From contig DHMO01000042.1 of the NCBI GenBank assembly GCA_002405835.1, positions 16,036-80,035 on the forward strand: a DNA stretch of 64,000 nucleotides, given 5' to 3'. The notes beneath the pieces were generated by a model, which was not told the origin of the DNA, searched no databases, and worked only from the letters and a program-made list of their open reading frames with translations. Shown here one piece after another: positions 53,954-62,918 of this stretch (positions are counted from its first letter, which is position 1; each line of letters opens with the position of its first letter). This DNA comes from Lentisphaeria bacterium UBA4640. GTDB lineage: Bacteria > Verrucomicrobiota > Lentisphaeria > Victivallales > UBA1829. The translations under genes and the position numbers were made by a program.

Positions 53954-56428
53954 TCAGAGAAATCTTCCGGTGCGGCTTTCCGGATTTGCACGGATCTGTT
54001 CCGGCGTTCCTGCGGCGACGATGCGTCCTCCCTCGGTTCCACCGCCCGGCCCCATGTCGATGATGAAATCGGCACTGCGGATGACGTCGAGATCATGCTC
54101 AATGACGAGAACCGTTGCGCCGCTGCCGATCAGTTTCCGGAAGACTCCGAGGAGAGTGCGGACGTCCAGGGGATGCAGACCGATGGTCGGCTCATCGAAA
54201 ACAAAAACGGTATCGGACTGACCGCGTCCCATTTCACTGGAAAGTTTGAGTCTCTGGGCTTCACCGCCGGAAAGACGCGGTGTCTCCTCTCCGAGCGTCA
54301 GATAGCCGAGTCCGAGTTCCCGGAGCGTGTTCAGCCGCTGCTGCACAAGTTTCAGATTTCCACAGACTTTGATGGCGGAATTAACGTCCATGTCCATCAG
54401 TTCGGGAAGCGAGACGGAGCCGTCCGAAGCCGGCAGCCGCACCGAGTCCGCCTCTTTCGCATAGCGCGAGCCGCGGCAGTCGGGGCAGGGAATCTCGACA
54501 TCGGGAAGAAACTGCACGTCAAGACTGATTTCTCCGGTTCCGTCGCAGGTCGGACAGCGCAGTTTTCCGGTGTTGTAGGAGAAGTCTCCCGCTTTGAATC
54601 CGCGCGCTTTGGCATCGGGTGTTTTCGCGAAGATTTTGCGGAGTTCATCATGAACATTCGCGTAAGTCGCGACGGTGGAGCGGACGTTGATTCCGATCGG
54701 AGTAGCGTCAATGAGCTTGACCTGGCGGATTCCCTCCGCTTCGATTGCCCGCACGTGTCCGGGCAGACGTCCGCCCGCAATTTTCGCTTCAAGCGCGGGA
54801 ATGAGGCTCTCCAGAATGAGCGTGGTTTTGCCCGAACCGGAAACGCCTGTGACAACGGTCAGCCGCCCCTTGGGAATGTCTGCTTCCAGCGGCTGAACGG
54901 TATGGATCGCTCCGGTGGAAAGGTGAATGTGTCCTTCGCGGAACAGTTCTGCTTCCGGAGTGCGGGGGCGCAATGGGGCTTTCGGTCCGCCGGAGAGGAA
55001 CGGACCGATCAGGGATTGCGGGTTCTTTGCGATTTCCGCGATTGTTCCTTCCGCGAGAACGCGTCCGCCTTCGGCTCCGGCTTCAGGACCCATTTCAATC
55101 ATCCAGTCGGCCTCCGCAAGCACCTGTGTATCGTGGTCGACGAGGATGACGGAGTTCCCGTCCGCAATCAGATCGTGCATGACGCCGGTCAGTCCCGCGA
55201 TGTTTACGGGATGCAGTCCGATGGAGGGTTCATCAAGGACGTAGAGGACGCCGGTTGTGCGGTTGCGGACTGCGCGCGCAAGCTGCATCCTCTGCCGTTC
55301 CCCGGTGGAGAGCGTGGCGGAGGCGCGGTCGAGCGTCAGATAACCGAGTCCGAGGTCAAGCAGCCGCCGCGCTGCATCGTGGAAGGATTCGCAGATGTTC
55401 TCCGCCATTGTCCGCATGGGCGCGGGCAGGGAGGCGGGAACTCCGCGCACCCAGGTGGAAAGTCCGGAAAGCGTCATGCGGCATGCCTGATCAAGCGAAA
55501 TTCCGCGCACGAGCGGTGCGCGGGCTGCAGCGGAAAGACGGCTTCCGCCGCATTCGGGGCAGACCTCCTGTTTGAGGAAGCGTTCGACGCGTTTCATGCC
55601 GCTTTCGTCCTTGACTTTGGCAAGGGCGTTTTCCACGGTGTAGACGGCGTTGTAGTAGGTGAAATCAAGTTCACCTGCGGTATCGGAGTTCTTCGCCTTG
55701 TAGAAAATATGTTTTTTGACGGCGGGGCCGTTGAAGACAATGTCGCGTTCCTTTTCGGTGAGTTCGGAGAACGGTACATCGGTGCGGACACCCATTGCAC
55801 GGCAGACGTCGGTCATGAGCGACCACATCAGCGTGTTCCAGGGGGCGACTGCGCCGTCGTCGATGGAGAGCGATTCATCGGGAACGAGCGTCGCGCGGTC
55901 AACCGTGCGCACAAGTCCGGTACCGTCGCACTTCGGGCAGGCTCCCTGACTGTTGAACGCAAGCTGTTCGGCGGATGGCGCATAGAATTCTGCTCCGCAG
56001 ACCGGACAGCGCAGTTCCTGTTCCGCCGCAACCGCGAGCGCCGGTTCCAGGTAATGTCCGCTCGGGCAGCGGTGGTGTGCGAGACGCGAAAACATCAGGC
56101 GGAGACTGTTCAGCAGTTCCGTTCCGGTTCCGAATGTGCTGCGGATTCCCGGAACGCCCGGTCTCTGATGCAGTGCAAGCGCGGCGGGGACATAGAGAAC
56201 TTCGTCGACCACGGCTTTTGCCGCCTGGGTCATGCGGCGGCGGGTGTAAGTCGAGAGGGCTTCCAGATAACGGCGCGAGCCTTCCGCATAGAGCACTCCG
56301 AGCGCAAGCGACGATTTGCCCGATCCGGAAACTCCGGAGACCGCAACGATTCTGTTCAGCGGAATATCAACATTGATGTTTTTCAGATTGTGAACGCGGG
56401 CGCCGCGGACCTTGATGTGATCAACCAT
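53954..56428 (-). CDS. uvrA: UvrA-family ABC ATPase, short form lacking the UvrB-binding insert (class II UvrA-like paralog)
   Basis: 824 aa. The N-terminus is VRGARVHNLKNINVDIP with Walker A GVSGSGKSSLA, and the second Walker A is GVSGSGKTTL. Only ~17 residues separate the zinc-module halves HHRCPSGH and LRCPVCG, the position where E. coli UvrA carries a ~130-aa UvrB-binding domain. Confidence 0.85.
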   Translation of the reverse strand: MVDHIKVRGARVHNLKNINVDIPLNRIVAVSGVSGSGKSSLALGVLYAEGSRRYLEALSTYTRRRMTQAAKAVVDEVLYVPAALALHQRPGVPGIRSTFGTGTELLNSLRLMFSRLAHHRCPSGHYLEPALAVAAEQELRCPVCGAEFYAPSAEQLAFNSQGACPKCDGTGLVRTVDRATLVPDESLSIDDGAVAPWNTLMWSLMTDVCRAMGVRTDVPFSELTEKERDIVFNGPAVKKHIFYKAKNSDTAGELDFTYYNAVYTVENALAKVKDESGMKRVERFLKQEVCPECGGSRLSAAARAPLVRGISLDQACRMTLSGLSTWVRGVPASLPAPMRTMAENICESFHDAARRLLDLGLGYLTLDRASATLSTGERQRMQLARAVRNRTTGVLYVLDEPSIGLHPVNIAGLTGVMHDLIADGNSVILVDHDTQVLAEADWMIEMGPEAGAEGGRVLAEGTIAEIAKNPQSLIGPFLSGGPKAPLRPRTPEAELFREGHIHLSTGAIHTVQPLEADIPKGRLTVVTGVSGSGKTTLILESLIPALEAKIAGGRLPGHVRAIEAEGIRQVKLIDATPIGINVRSTVATYANVHDELRKIFAKTPDAKARGFKAGDFSYNTGKLRCPTCDGTGEISLDVQFLPDVEIPCPDCRGSRYAKEADSVRLPASDGSVSLPELMDMDVNSAIKVCGNLKLVQQRLNTLRELGLGYLTLGEETPRLSGGEAQRLKLSSEMGRGQSDTVFVFDEPTIGLHPLDVRTLLGVFRKLIGSGATVLVIEHDLDVIRSADFIIDMGPGGGTEGGRIVAAGTPEQIRANPESRTGRFL

Positions 56429-57231
56429 CAGTAAAGCTCCCAGGGAACGGACCGCATTTCATAGTTGTCCCAGCCGTTGTGCTCATAGAACACTTTCATG
56501 AGGAAGAGTCCGGCGGCGGGGGCTGTGTCGCGCGCGCAGGAACGGTCGCGCATTTCCAGCATTTCCGGAATGATTTCGGGCGGCAGACGGTTGCGTCCGA
56601 TTTCCGCAAGCACGCCGACCATGCTGCGCACCATTTTGTAAAGAAAACCGTCGCCGATGAAATGGATGCACTTCAACGGACCGCATTCGTAGATTTCGGC
56701 GCGGATGATTGAGCGGACCGGGTCGTCATATTTTTTCGATTCGACGGCGAAGCTGGTGAAGTCGTGCGTGCCGCGGAGGAAATCGAGAGCTGTCTGGACG
56801 GCGGCGATGTTCTGGAAATCGAAGAGCCGCCAGCTCCAGCGGGATGTGAACGGATTGACTTCTCCGCTGTTGATGACATAGACATACGATTTGCCTTTTG
56901 CTGCAAAGCGCGCATTGAATTCGGGCGGAACGACTTCCACGGAGCGGATGCGGATGTCGTCGGGAAGCAGGCGGTTCATCGCCTTCAGAATTTTCCAGTC
57001 GGGGATGTTGCGGCGTTCCGGCGCGCGGAAAGAGGCGACCATGCCGAGCGCGTGGACGCCGGAATCGGTGCGGCTGCTGCCCTGAATGCGGATTGGAATA
57101 TTGCCGAAAAGCCGTCCGAGCCGCTCTTCGATTGCCTGCTGGACGGCGAGCCCGTTCGGCTGAGTCTGCCAGCCGTGGTAGTTGGTGCCGTCGAAGGCGA
57201 TTTCCATTTTGAAAGTGAGCTGTTCTTCCAT
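56428..57231 (-). CDS. truA: tRNA pseudouridine(38-40) synthase
   Basis: I trimmed the 406-aa track ORF to the ATG at 57231 (MEEQLTFKMEIAFDGTNYHGWQTQ...). The catalytic region is GSSRTDSGVHALG. The longer ORF would overlap tsaE out of frame. Confidence 0.9.
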   Translation of the reverse strand: MEEQLTFKMEIAFDGTNYHGWQTQPNGLAVQQAIEERLGRLFGNIPIRIQGSSRTDSGVHALGMVASFRAPERRNIPDWKILKAMNRLLPDDIRIRSVEVVPPEFNARFAAKGKSYVYVINSGEVNPFTSRWSWRLFDFQNIAAVQTALDFLRGTHDFTSFAVESKKYDDPVRSIIRAEIYECGPLKCIHFIGDGFLYKMVRSMVGVLAEIGRNRLPPEIIPEMLEMRDRSCARDTAPAAGLFLMKVFYEHNGWDNYEMRSVPWELY

Positions 57232-57232
57232 T

Positions 57233-57658
57233 TCAGTCCCGGATGGTGATGATGCGGTGGTGCTCGTCATCGGTGTGCGCAATTTCGATATTGATTGCGT
57301 CCGGCGGATAGAGATCCTCCGCGCGTTCGGGCCATTCGATGAGAGAGATTGCGTTCGGGGCAAACAGGAAATCATCGATTCCGAAAGCGAGCGCGGCGTC
57401 CGAATTGTTAATGCGGTAGAGGTCCATGTGGTACAGCATTTCGCCGTCTCCATACGGATATTCCTGAACGATGGTGAAAGTCGGGCTGGAAACGGGATCG
57501 GTGATGCCGAGTCCGCGAGCGAATCCGCGGGTGAATGCCGTTTTGCCCGCACCGAGATTTCCGCGCAGGAGAATGATGGTTCCTGGTTTGGTTTCAGACG
57601 CGATCCGCGCTGCGAGCGCCTCGGTTTCTTCGGGGGAGTGTGTGTCAAACTGTTTCAT
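57233..57658 (-). CDS. tsaE: tRNA t6A37 biosynthesis ATPase TsaE
   Basis: 141 aa. It has the Walker A LRGNLGAGKTAFTRG, plus SPTF and YHMDLYR. Confidence 0.9.
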   Translation of the reverse strand: MKQFDTHSPEETEALAARIASETKPGTIILLRGNLGAGKTAFTRGFARGLGITDPVSSPTFTIVQEYPYGDGEMLYHMDLYRINNSDAALAFGIDDFLFAPNAISLIEWPERAEDLYPPDAINIEIAHTDDEHHRIITIRD

Positions 57659-58526
57659 GGAAGTGATCGAATCCTTTCTTTGTCAAAACCGGGAGACCGG
57701 AAATATTTCCGGGAATCCCCCGCGTGAATTTACCCATTGGCGTCAGATGCGGAAAGGCGCTGCGGAGCGTTTCCGCGGCATCTGGAGCGACGGCGCAGAT
57801 CAGCTCATAGTCTTCACCGTCGCAAAGTGCATCTTCCGTTGTCGCCCCGTCGCGGAGCGGAATGGAAGCGCAGTCGAATTCCAGCGCAAGACCGGAGTCA
57901 AGCGCCATTCTCCGTGCGTCTTTGAGCAGACCGTCGCTGACGTCCATCATCGCATGAACCGCTTCGCACTGGCCGAGAAACTGACCTTCGCGCAGGCGCG
58001 GTTCGAAATCCAGATGATGTTCCGTTTCGAAGGAACGTCCGTAACATCCGGTTCCGCAGAGCAGGTCGCCCGGACGCGCCGTGCGCCGGAGCTTGACGGT
58101 TCCAGGGGCGGAATATCCGAAAATGGAAAGTGTGAAAACTGCGCCGGGCGAGGGGAGCGAGGAGATGTCTCCGCCGACCACGCACATTCCGTATTTTGCG
58201 CATGTCTTCTGCACACCGCGGTGAAACTCCGCAAGGAATTCCGGAGAGAGGGGATTCATGGTCGCGGTCAGCATGGCGTAAGCGGGAGAGCCGCCCATTG
58301 CGGCAATGTCGCTGACGTTCCGTTTCACCAGTTTCGCCGCAATGCGTTCCGGCGGTTCCCCGGGCAGAAAATGGACGGATTCGACCACTTGATCTACCGC
58401 AGCCAGAAGCAGAAGTTCCGAATCCGGAAGATGAATGACGGCGCAGTCGTCGCCCGGACCTTCCGCAACTTCGGGACGTTGCGGGAAAACGCTTTTCAGA
58501 TCCGCAACGAGCTTTTCCTCATCCAT
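57645..58526 (-). CDS. thiL: Thiamine-monophosphate kinase
   Basis: 293 aa. GPGDDCAVI, the AIR-synthase-like N-domain (AAVDQVVESVHF) and VVGGDIS support the call. Confidence 0.8.
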   Translation of the reverse strand: MDEEKLVADLKSVFPQRPEVAEGPGDDCAVIHLPDSELLLLAAVDQVVESVHFLPGEPPERIAAKLVKRNVSDIAAMGGSPAYAMLTATMNPLSPEFLAEFHRGVQKTCAKYGMCVVGGDISSLPSPGAVFTLSIFGYSAPGTVKLRRTARPGDLLCGTGCYGRSFETEHHLDFEPRLREGQFLGQCEAVHAMMDVSDGLLKDARRMALDSGLALEFDCASIPLRDGATTEDALCDGEDYELICAVAPDAAETLRSAFPHLTPMGKFTRGIPGNISGLPVLTKKGFDHFHETV

Positions 58527-58531
58527 GACCG

Positions 58532-59134
58532 TTACACTCTTTCCACGAGAAACCGGGAAGGATCGAGCGGTTTGACGAGACGCACCAGCGTTCCGGTCGG
58601 CAGATCTTCATCGGCAACAGCCGTGACTTCGCGTGTTTCTCCGCGCACGGCGACGGTCACTTTCCCGCTGGCGGAGCGTCCGGCTGGAATGTTCATGTAG
58701 ACGGTTCCGTTGAGTCCCGCCATATCCTGAGCGGAGATGTTTCCGGAGTGCTGGAGTTTGAGCATGAGCCAGACCGCGAGGGCGGTAAGGAACATGGCGA
58801 AGAGCCCGATGAGGAGCGCGGCGAGAAAACCGAGCCATCCGTGGTGTCCCCAGACGACGCCGACCCAGCCGAACATTGTGACGAATGCGAAAATGGATTT
58901 GATGCTGATGAACTGGAAGTCGGTGAATCCGGTGTCGACATGTTCGAGCGTATCGAATGTGCCGTCCGGCGCGGTATCGGGCGTATCGACTCCGCTGATT
59001 TCAAACGAGGAGAAAATGAGCGAAATGAGGAAGAAGACTGTTCCTCCGACCGCCGCACACCAGTAGAGTGTCATGGCGATGTCGCCCGCAAGAAAAGTTC
59101 CGATGCTGTGTACCGTTTCCTGAATCATAGTCAC
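58532..59134 (-). CDS. NfeD/YqiJ-like membrane protein with a C-terminal OB-fold
   Basis: 200 aa with three to four TM segments. The soluble tail GTVYMNIPAGRSASGKVTVAVRGETREVTAVADEDLPTGTLVRLVK is typical of the NfeD C-terminal domain. Confidence 0.6.
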   Translation of the reverse strand: MTMIQETVHSIGTFLAGDIAMTLYWCAAVGGTVFFLISLIFSSFEISGVDTPDTAPDGTFDTLEHVDTGFTDFQFISIKSIFAFVTMFGWVGVVWGHHGWLGFLAALLIGLFAMFLTALAVWLMLKLQHSGNISAQDMAGLNGTVYMNIPAGRSASGKVTVAVRGETREVTAVADEDLPTGTLVRLVKPLDPSRFLVERV

Positions 59135-59140
59135 CTCCGT

Positions 59141-59485
59141 TTAGTGTCTGAACATGAAATAAACTGCTCCGGTCAGGCAGAGTGCCGCCCAGACGTAATC
59201 GAGCTTGAATCCCTCCTTCATATAGAGAATGGAGAAGGGCACAAAGACCGAGAGCGTGATCACCTCCTGCATGATCTTGAGCTGCGCGAGTGTCAGTCCC
59301 CCCGCATATCCCATCCGGTTCGCGGGAACCTGGATCAGATATTCGAACAGCGCAATTCCCCAGCTCACGAGCGCCGCGATGTACCAGGGCTTGGAGGACA
59401 TGTCCTTCAAATGTCCGTACCAGGCGAACGTCATGAACAGATTGGAGCAGACCAGCAGAAGTCCGGTAGTAACTATAACAGGCAT
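59141..59485 (-). CDS. DUF486 (small DMT-superfamily) membrane protein
   Basis: 114 aa. FMTFAWYGHLK and LAQLKIMQEVITL are signature stretches of this family. Confidence 0.8.
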   Translation of the reverse strand: MPVIVTTGLLLVCSNLFMTFAWYGHLKDMSSKPWYIAALVSWGIALFEYLIQVPANRMGYAGGLTLAQLKIMQEVITLSVFVPFSILYMKEGFKLDYVWAALCLTGAVYFMFRH

Positions 59486-59487
59486 AT

Positions 59488-60309
59488 TTATTTTTTCAAC
59501 CCTTTTTGGTCTAAAAGATTTAAACTTATCAGCAGATCGGATGCTCTCCGGAGTGCGGGATCGGTCTTTTGTGTGTCGCCCGGCGCTTCCGGCTGTTTTT
59601 CCGTTGTGATTTGCGGTATGATTTTTTCGTATGGCACGTCTGCTGCGTCTTTCGGCGGACGGGGCAGGAGCCAGGTGCGGGAGCCGACGTGCACCAGTTC
59701 ACGCGGGTAGGGGCGTCCCGCAGACGGCTCGCCGATTCCGATTCCGCGATGCGCGGTCATCAGCTTTGCTGCGAGAATTTCAGCCGCTCCGCAGGTTTTT
59801 GAACTTAAAAGAATAGCCGTGTGAATCGGCTGTTCCGCAAGCAGTTTTTCAAACGCATTGCCATCCCAGATTCCTCCGGAGCAGTTGCGGAGATCAAGGA
59901 TGAGTCCGCTTCCGTTTGCCGCATCGCGATAAATGCGGAGCAGTTCGCGGAACGCGCTGGCGCTGAGGATGTTGATTTGCAGACAGCGCGGTTCGTTCTG
60001 CTGCCCGGATATGGAGAATTCCAGTACTGCATTTTTCTGCGTTGGAATGTGTTCCGGTTTTTCCGCCGGTTCGATTCCCCGGCGCAGGGCGTGCATGGCG
60101 GCGGCAAGCGCGCGCTCCGCATCCGTCCGGTTCAGAGAGTCCATGAATTCCGGAACGCGCTGTTTCAGTGTTTCAAAGAGAGCGTTGAACTCCTGCTGAA
60201 ATGCCGGCTGAAACTGAAATTTTTCCGTTTGCCCCGGAGAGCCGACAGCCTCCTCTCCGGAGAGAGGGAGGAATAGACCGAGTGCGAGGAAAACGGAGAA
60301 GTGTTTCAT
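59488..60309 (-). CDS. Secreted S41 (C-terminal processing peptidase)-like protein, probably catalytically inactive
   Basis: I trimmed the 347-aa track ORF to the ATG at 60309 (MKHFSVFLALGLFLPLSGEEA, a signal peptide). The S41 core is recognisable (LILDLRNCSGG; LLSSKTCGAAEILAAKL; GIGEPSAGRP). The positions I align with the catalytic Ser and Lys read Gly and Arg. Confidence 0.6.
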   Translation of the reverse strand: MKHFSVFLALGLFLPLSGEEAVGSPGQTEKFQFQPAFQQEFNALFETLKQRVPEFMDSLNRTDAERALAAAMHALRRGIEPAEKPEHIPTQKNAVLEFSISGQQNEPRCLQINILSASAFRELLRIYRDAANGSGLILDLRNCSGGIWDGNAFEKLLAEQPIHTAILLSSKTCGAAEILAAKLMTAHRGIGIGEPSAGRPYPRELVHVGSRTWLLPRPPKDAADVPYEKIIPQITTEKQPEAPGDTQKTDPALRRASDLLISLNLLDQKGLKK

Positions 60310-60319
60310 ATTCAACGGT

Positions 60320-60826
60320 TTATTTGAGTTTTGCAAGTTCCGCCTGGATGGCCGCATCGGCCTCTTCGACCTTGCTGCTCTGTTCGGCGCGGAAGGCTTT
60401 GAGCTTTGCCGCAAGTTCCGGATTGGAGAGCGCGAGCATGGAGATTGCGAGCAGGGCCGCATTCTTTGCTCCGGCTTTTCCGGCGGTGACGGTTGCCACG
60501 GGAATTCCCGGAGGCATCTGGACCATTGCAAGAAGCGCGTCGAATCCGTTGAACGGTTCGCAGGCCATCGGAATGCCGATGACGGGGAGTGTGGTGTGCG
60601 CCGCGATCACTCCGGCGAGGTGTGCGGCCATTCCGGCGGCGCAGATGATGACTTTAATTCCGTTCGCTTCCGCGTTTTTTGCAAAATCGGCGGCGGCGTC
60701 CGGGGTGCGGTGTGCGGACATGACGCGCGCGGTGAATTCAACATTGAAGCTGTTGAGTGTGTCGAATGCGCCTTTGAGCGAGAGCAGATCGCTTTTGCTG
60801 CCCATGATGATGGCGATTTCGGGCAT
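60320..60826 (-). CDS. purE: N5-carboxyaminoimidazole ribonucleotide mutase
   Basis: 168 aa. Segments: IIMGSKSD, SAHRTP, AGMAAHLAGV and PVIGIP. Confidence 0.95.
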   Translation of the reverse strand: MPEIAIIMGSKSDLLSLKGAFDTLNSFNVEFTARVMSAHRTPDAAADFAKNAEANGIKVIICAAGMAAHLAGVIAAHTTLPVIGIPMACEPFNGFDALLAMVQMPPGIPVATVTAGKAGAKNAALLAISMLALSNPELAAKLKAFRAEQSSKVEEADAAIQAELAKLK

Positions 60827-60842
60827 GGAAATGTTCCTTTCT

Positions 60843-60874
60843 AAAAAAGACGCGCCGTCGCAATGGACGGCGCG
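60843..60874 (-). terminator. Rho-independent terminator after rpoZ
   Basis: Stem cgcgccgtc/gacggcgcg (60851-60859 / 60866-60874), with a T6 tract following on the minus strand (plus-strand A-tract 60843-60848). Confidence 0.55.
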
Positions 60875-60899
60875 CAGATTCTCTTCCGGACGGGGAGGA

Positions 60900-61196
60900 T
60901 CACTCCTCGTTTGCCGGATGATTGTGTCTCATTCTGATTTCGCCGTTTTCGCGTCTCGCTGCTTCTCTTGCAGCGATGATTTCCTGCATGAAATCATCAG
61001 GCTTCGCATCGAAGTCGGCGGCGAGTTTGCCTTCGGCGATTTCGAGGAGAGCCACATCAAGGTGGTTCTCGTCTTTGCAGCGCACCATCGGGCGCATTCC
61101 GTAGGCGAGCTCCGTGGCTCTTCTGGAAGCGAGGAGGATGAGTGTTTTTGCATCCGGGACAACTTTTTTTGCCCGTTCCAGATATTCGTTGTTCAT
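60900..61196 (-). CDS. rpoZ: DNA-directed RNA polymerase omega subunit
   Basis: 98 aa. The pattern LILLASRRATELAYGMRPMV......HLDVALLEIAEGKL matches the RpoZ core. Confidence 0.75.
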   Translation of the reverse strand: MNNEYLERAKKVVPDAKTLILLASRRATELAYGMRPMVRCKDENHLDVALLEIAEGKLAADFDAKPDDFMQEIIAAREAARRENGEIRMRHNHPANEE

Positions 61197-61214
61197 GGTA
61201 TCCGTTTCTCCTTA

Positions 61215-62906
61215 TCAGTAGTCAATGACGTCGCGGTGTTTCTCGATCGTCGAGAGATCGCCGCTCATAATGACCTGATAGTTACGTTCAAAGTCGTGTG
61301 CCGCATCGAGAATGTAGCGTTCCGCGAGCGGGAGACGTTTTGCATCCTTCTTGGCGTCGCGCAGCATCAGGAGGGAGACGAAAACGAAGGTTTCGTTCTC
61401 GACCAGATTTCTGGCGCGGAGGTCGTGGTACGCGGAATCCTTTTTGTCAGCGACGAACTGGACCGCCTCTTTCTGCTTGGCGAACATCACGCCGACTTTC
61501 TTGAGGAGAGCCGGGTCGAAGCCTTCGCAGGACATTCCGAGCATTTCGGAGATGATCGGGTCAAGCACACGCTGCATGATACCGCCGATTGCCGCGACAA
61601 CCTGGAGCTGGGTGGTGCCTTCGTAGATATTGGTGATGCGGGCGTCGCGGTAGTAGCGTTCCACATCGAAGTCGTGCATGTAGCCGGTTCCGCCGTGGAT
61701 CTGAATGCTGTCGTAAGCGACCTGGTTGGCGATTTCCGTTGCGAGCGCTTTGCACATCGGGGTGAGGACGGCGGCGACTTTGGAGTAGAATTTCGCCTTT
61801 TCGCTGCGTTCATCCTGTGCGACGTAAGCGTAGCGGAGGTCAACCATGCGTGTGGTCTCGTAGAGGAGAGCACGCGCGGCGGTGACTTTGATTTTCATCT
61901 TGGCGAGCATGTCGTAGATCGCGGGGAACTGGTCGATGCTCTGCTTGAACTGGACGCGTTCGGAAGCGTATTTTTTCGCTTCGCGGTACGCGGCTTCGGC
62001 GATGCCGAGCGCCTGACCGCTGATGGCGACGCGTGCGCCGTTCATCAGGCTCATGACGTACTTGGTCAGACCGCGGCGTTCCTGTCCGCAGAGTTCCGCG
62101 GGAACGTTGTTGTACTGAAGTTCAGCGGTCGGAACGCCGTGGATGCCGAGCTTGTGCTCAATGCGGCGGACTTTGAGTTCCGGGCAGGCTTCGCAGATGA
62201 ACATGGAGAGTCCGCGTCCGTCAACGGTTCCCTCTTTGGAACGCGCGAGGACGAGGTGAATCTTGGAGCATCCGTTGGTGATGAAGCGTTTCATGCCGTT
62301 CAGGTACCACTTGCCATCTTCACCTTTGGTTGCTTTGAGGCGGACGGACTGAAGGTCGGAGCCGGAATCGGGCTCGGTGAGGTCCATGGAGCCGTCGGCT
62401 TCACCGGAAGCGAAACGCGGAAGGTATTTCTGACGCTGTTCTTCGGAACCGAATTCGCAGATGGTTTCCGCGATGTCCTGAAGACCGATGAGGTTCTGAA
62501 GGGAGGCATCGGCGCGGGCGACCATTTCCGTCATCATCGTGTAGATGGTGGTCGGGAAGTTGAGGCCGCCGTACTGACGGGGAAGCATGACGCCCATGAC
62601 GCCCGCATCCTTGAGGTCCTGCAGGTTCTTGTCGGTCAGCGGATGGTACTTGACCACGCCGTCCTTGAAGGTCGGACCCTCTTCATCGACCTGGCGGGAA
62701 CGGGGAGCGATGCGCTCGCCGGTGATCTCGCCGATTTCGGTCATGACGCGCTTGTAGTTGTCCATTGCGTCCTCGTAGTTCTCGGGGGCGTAATCGAACT
62801 GTTCCGCCTGTTTGTAATCGTTTTCGCGGAGCGCGACGATTTCTTCCATATCCAGATTCTTGAGCGTGAACATCAGGTCCGGATTATCGGTAAAAAAGTT
62901 GGACAT
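61215..62906 (-). CDS. Acyl-CoA dehydrogenase (long, ~560-aa form)
   Basis: 563 aa. The ACAD middle-domain segment is DLTEPDSGSDL...KRFITNG. The C-terminal helical domain has QIHGGTGYM..F.VERYYRDARIT.IYEGT, followed by an extra C-terminal extension. Confidence 0.9.
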   Translation of the reverse strand: MSNFFTDNPDLMFTLKNLDMEEIVALRENDYKQAEQFDYAPENYEDAMDNYKRVMTEIGEITGERIAPRSRQVDEEGPTFKDGVVKYHPLTDKNLQDLKDAGVMGVMLPRQYGGLNFPTTIYTMMTEMVARADASLQNLIGLQDIAETICEFGSEEQRQKYLPRFASGEADGSMDLTEPDSGSDLQSVRLKATKGEDGKWYLNGMKRFITNGCSKIHLVLARSKEGTVDGRGLSMFICEACPELKVRRIEHKLGIHGVPTAELQYNNVPAELCGQERRGLTKYVMSLMNGARVAISGQALGIAEAAYREAKKYASERVQFKQSIDQFPAIYDMLAKMKIKVTAARALLYETTRMVDLRYAYVAQDERSEKAKFYSKVAAVLTPMCKALATEIANQVAYDSIQIHGGTGYMHDFDVERYYRDARITNIYEGTTQLQVVAAIGGIMQRVLDPIISEMLGMSCEGFDPALLKKVGVMFAKQKEAVQFVADKKDSAYHDLRARNLVENETFVFVSLLMLRDAKKDAKRLPLAERYILDAAHDFERNYQVIMSGDLSTIEKHRDVIDY

Positions 62907-62918
62907 TCTCTATTCTCC

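Noticed and set aside
53894-56434. An 846-aa plus-strand ORF.
   Set aside because: It is an exact antisense shadow of the UvrA-family gene, and its sequence is Arg/Gly-rich with no motifs.
56428-57648. Long N-terminal extensions in the track for truA (406 aa), the S41-like gene (347 aa), ispF, folE, ispG, rsmE, cpaB, the sugar isomerase and the second MFS gene.
   Set aside because: The extensions overlap the upstream gene out of frame and are Arg/Pro/Ser-rich. Internal ATGs coincide with the conserved family N-termini and with stop-start coupling, so I trimmed the starts.
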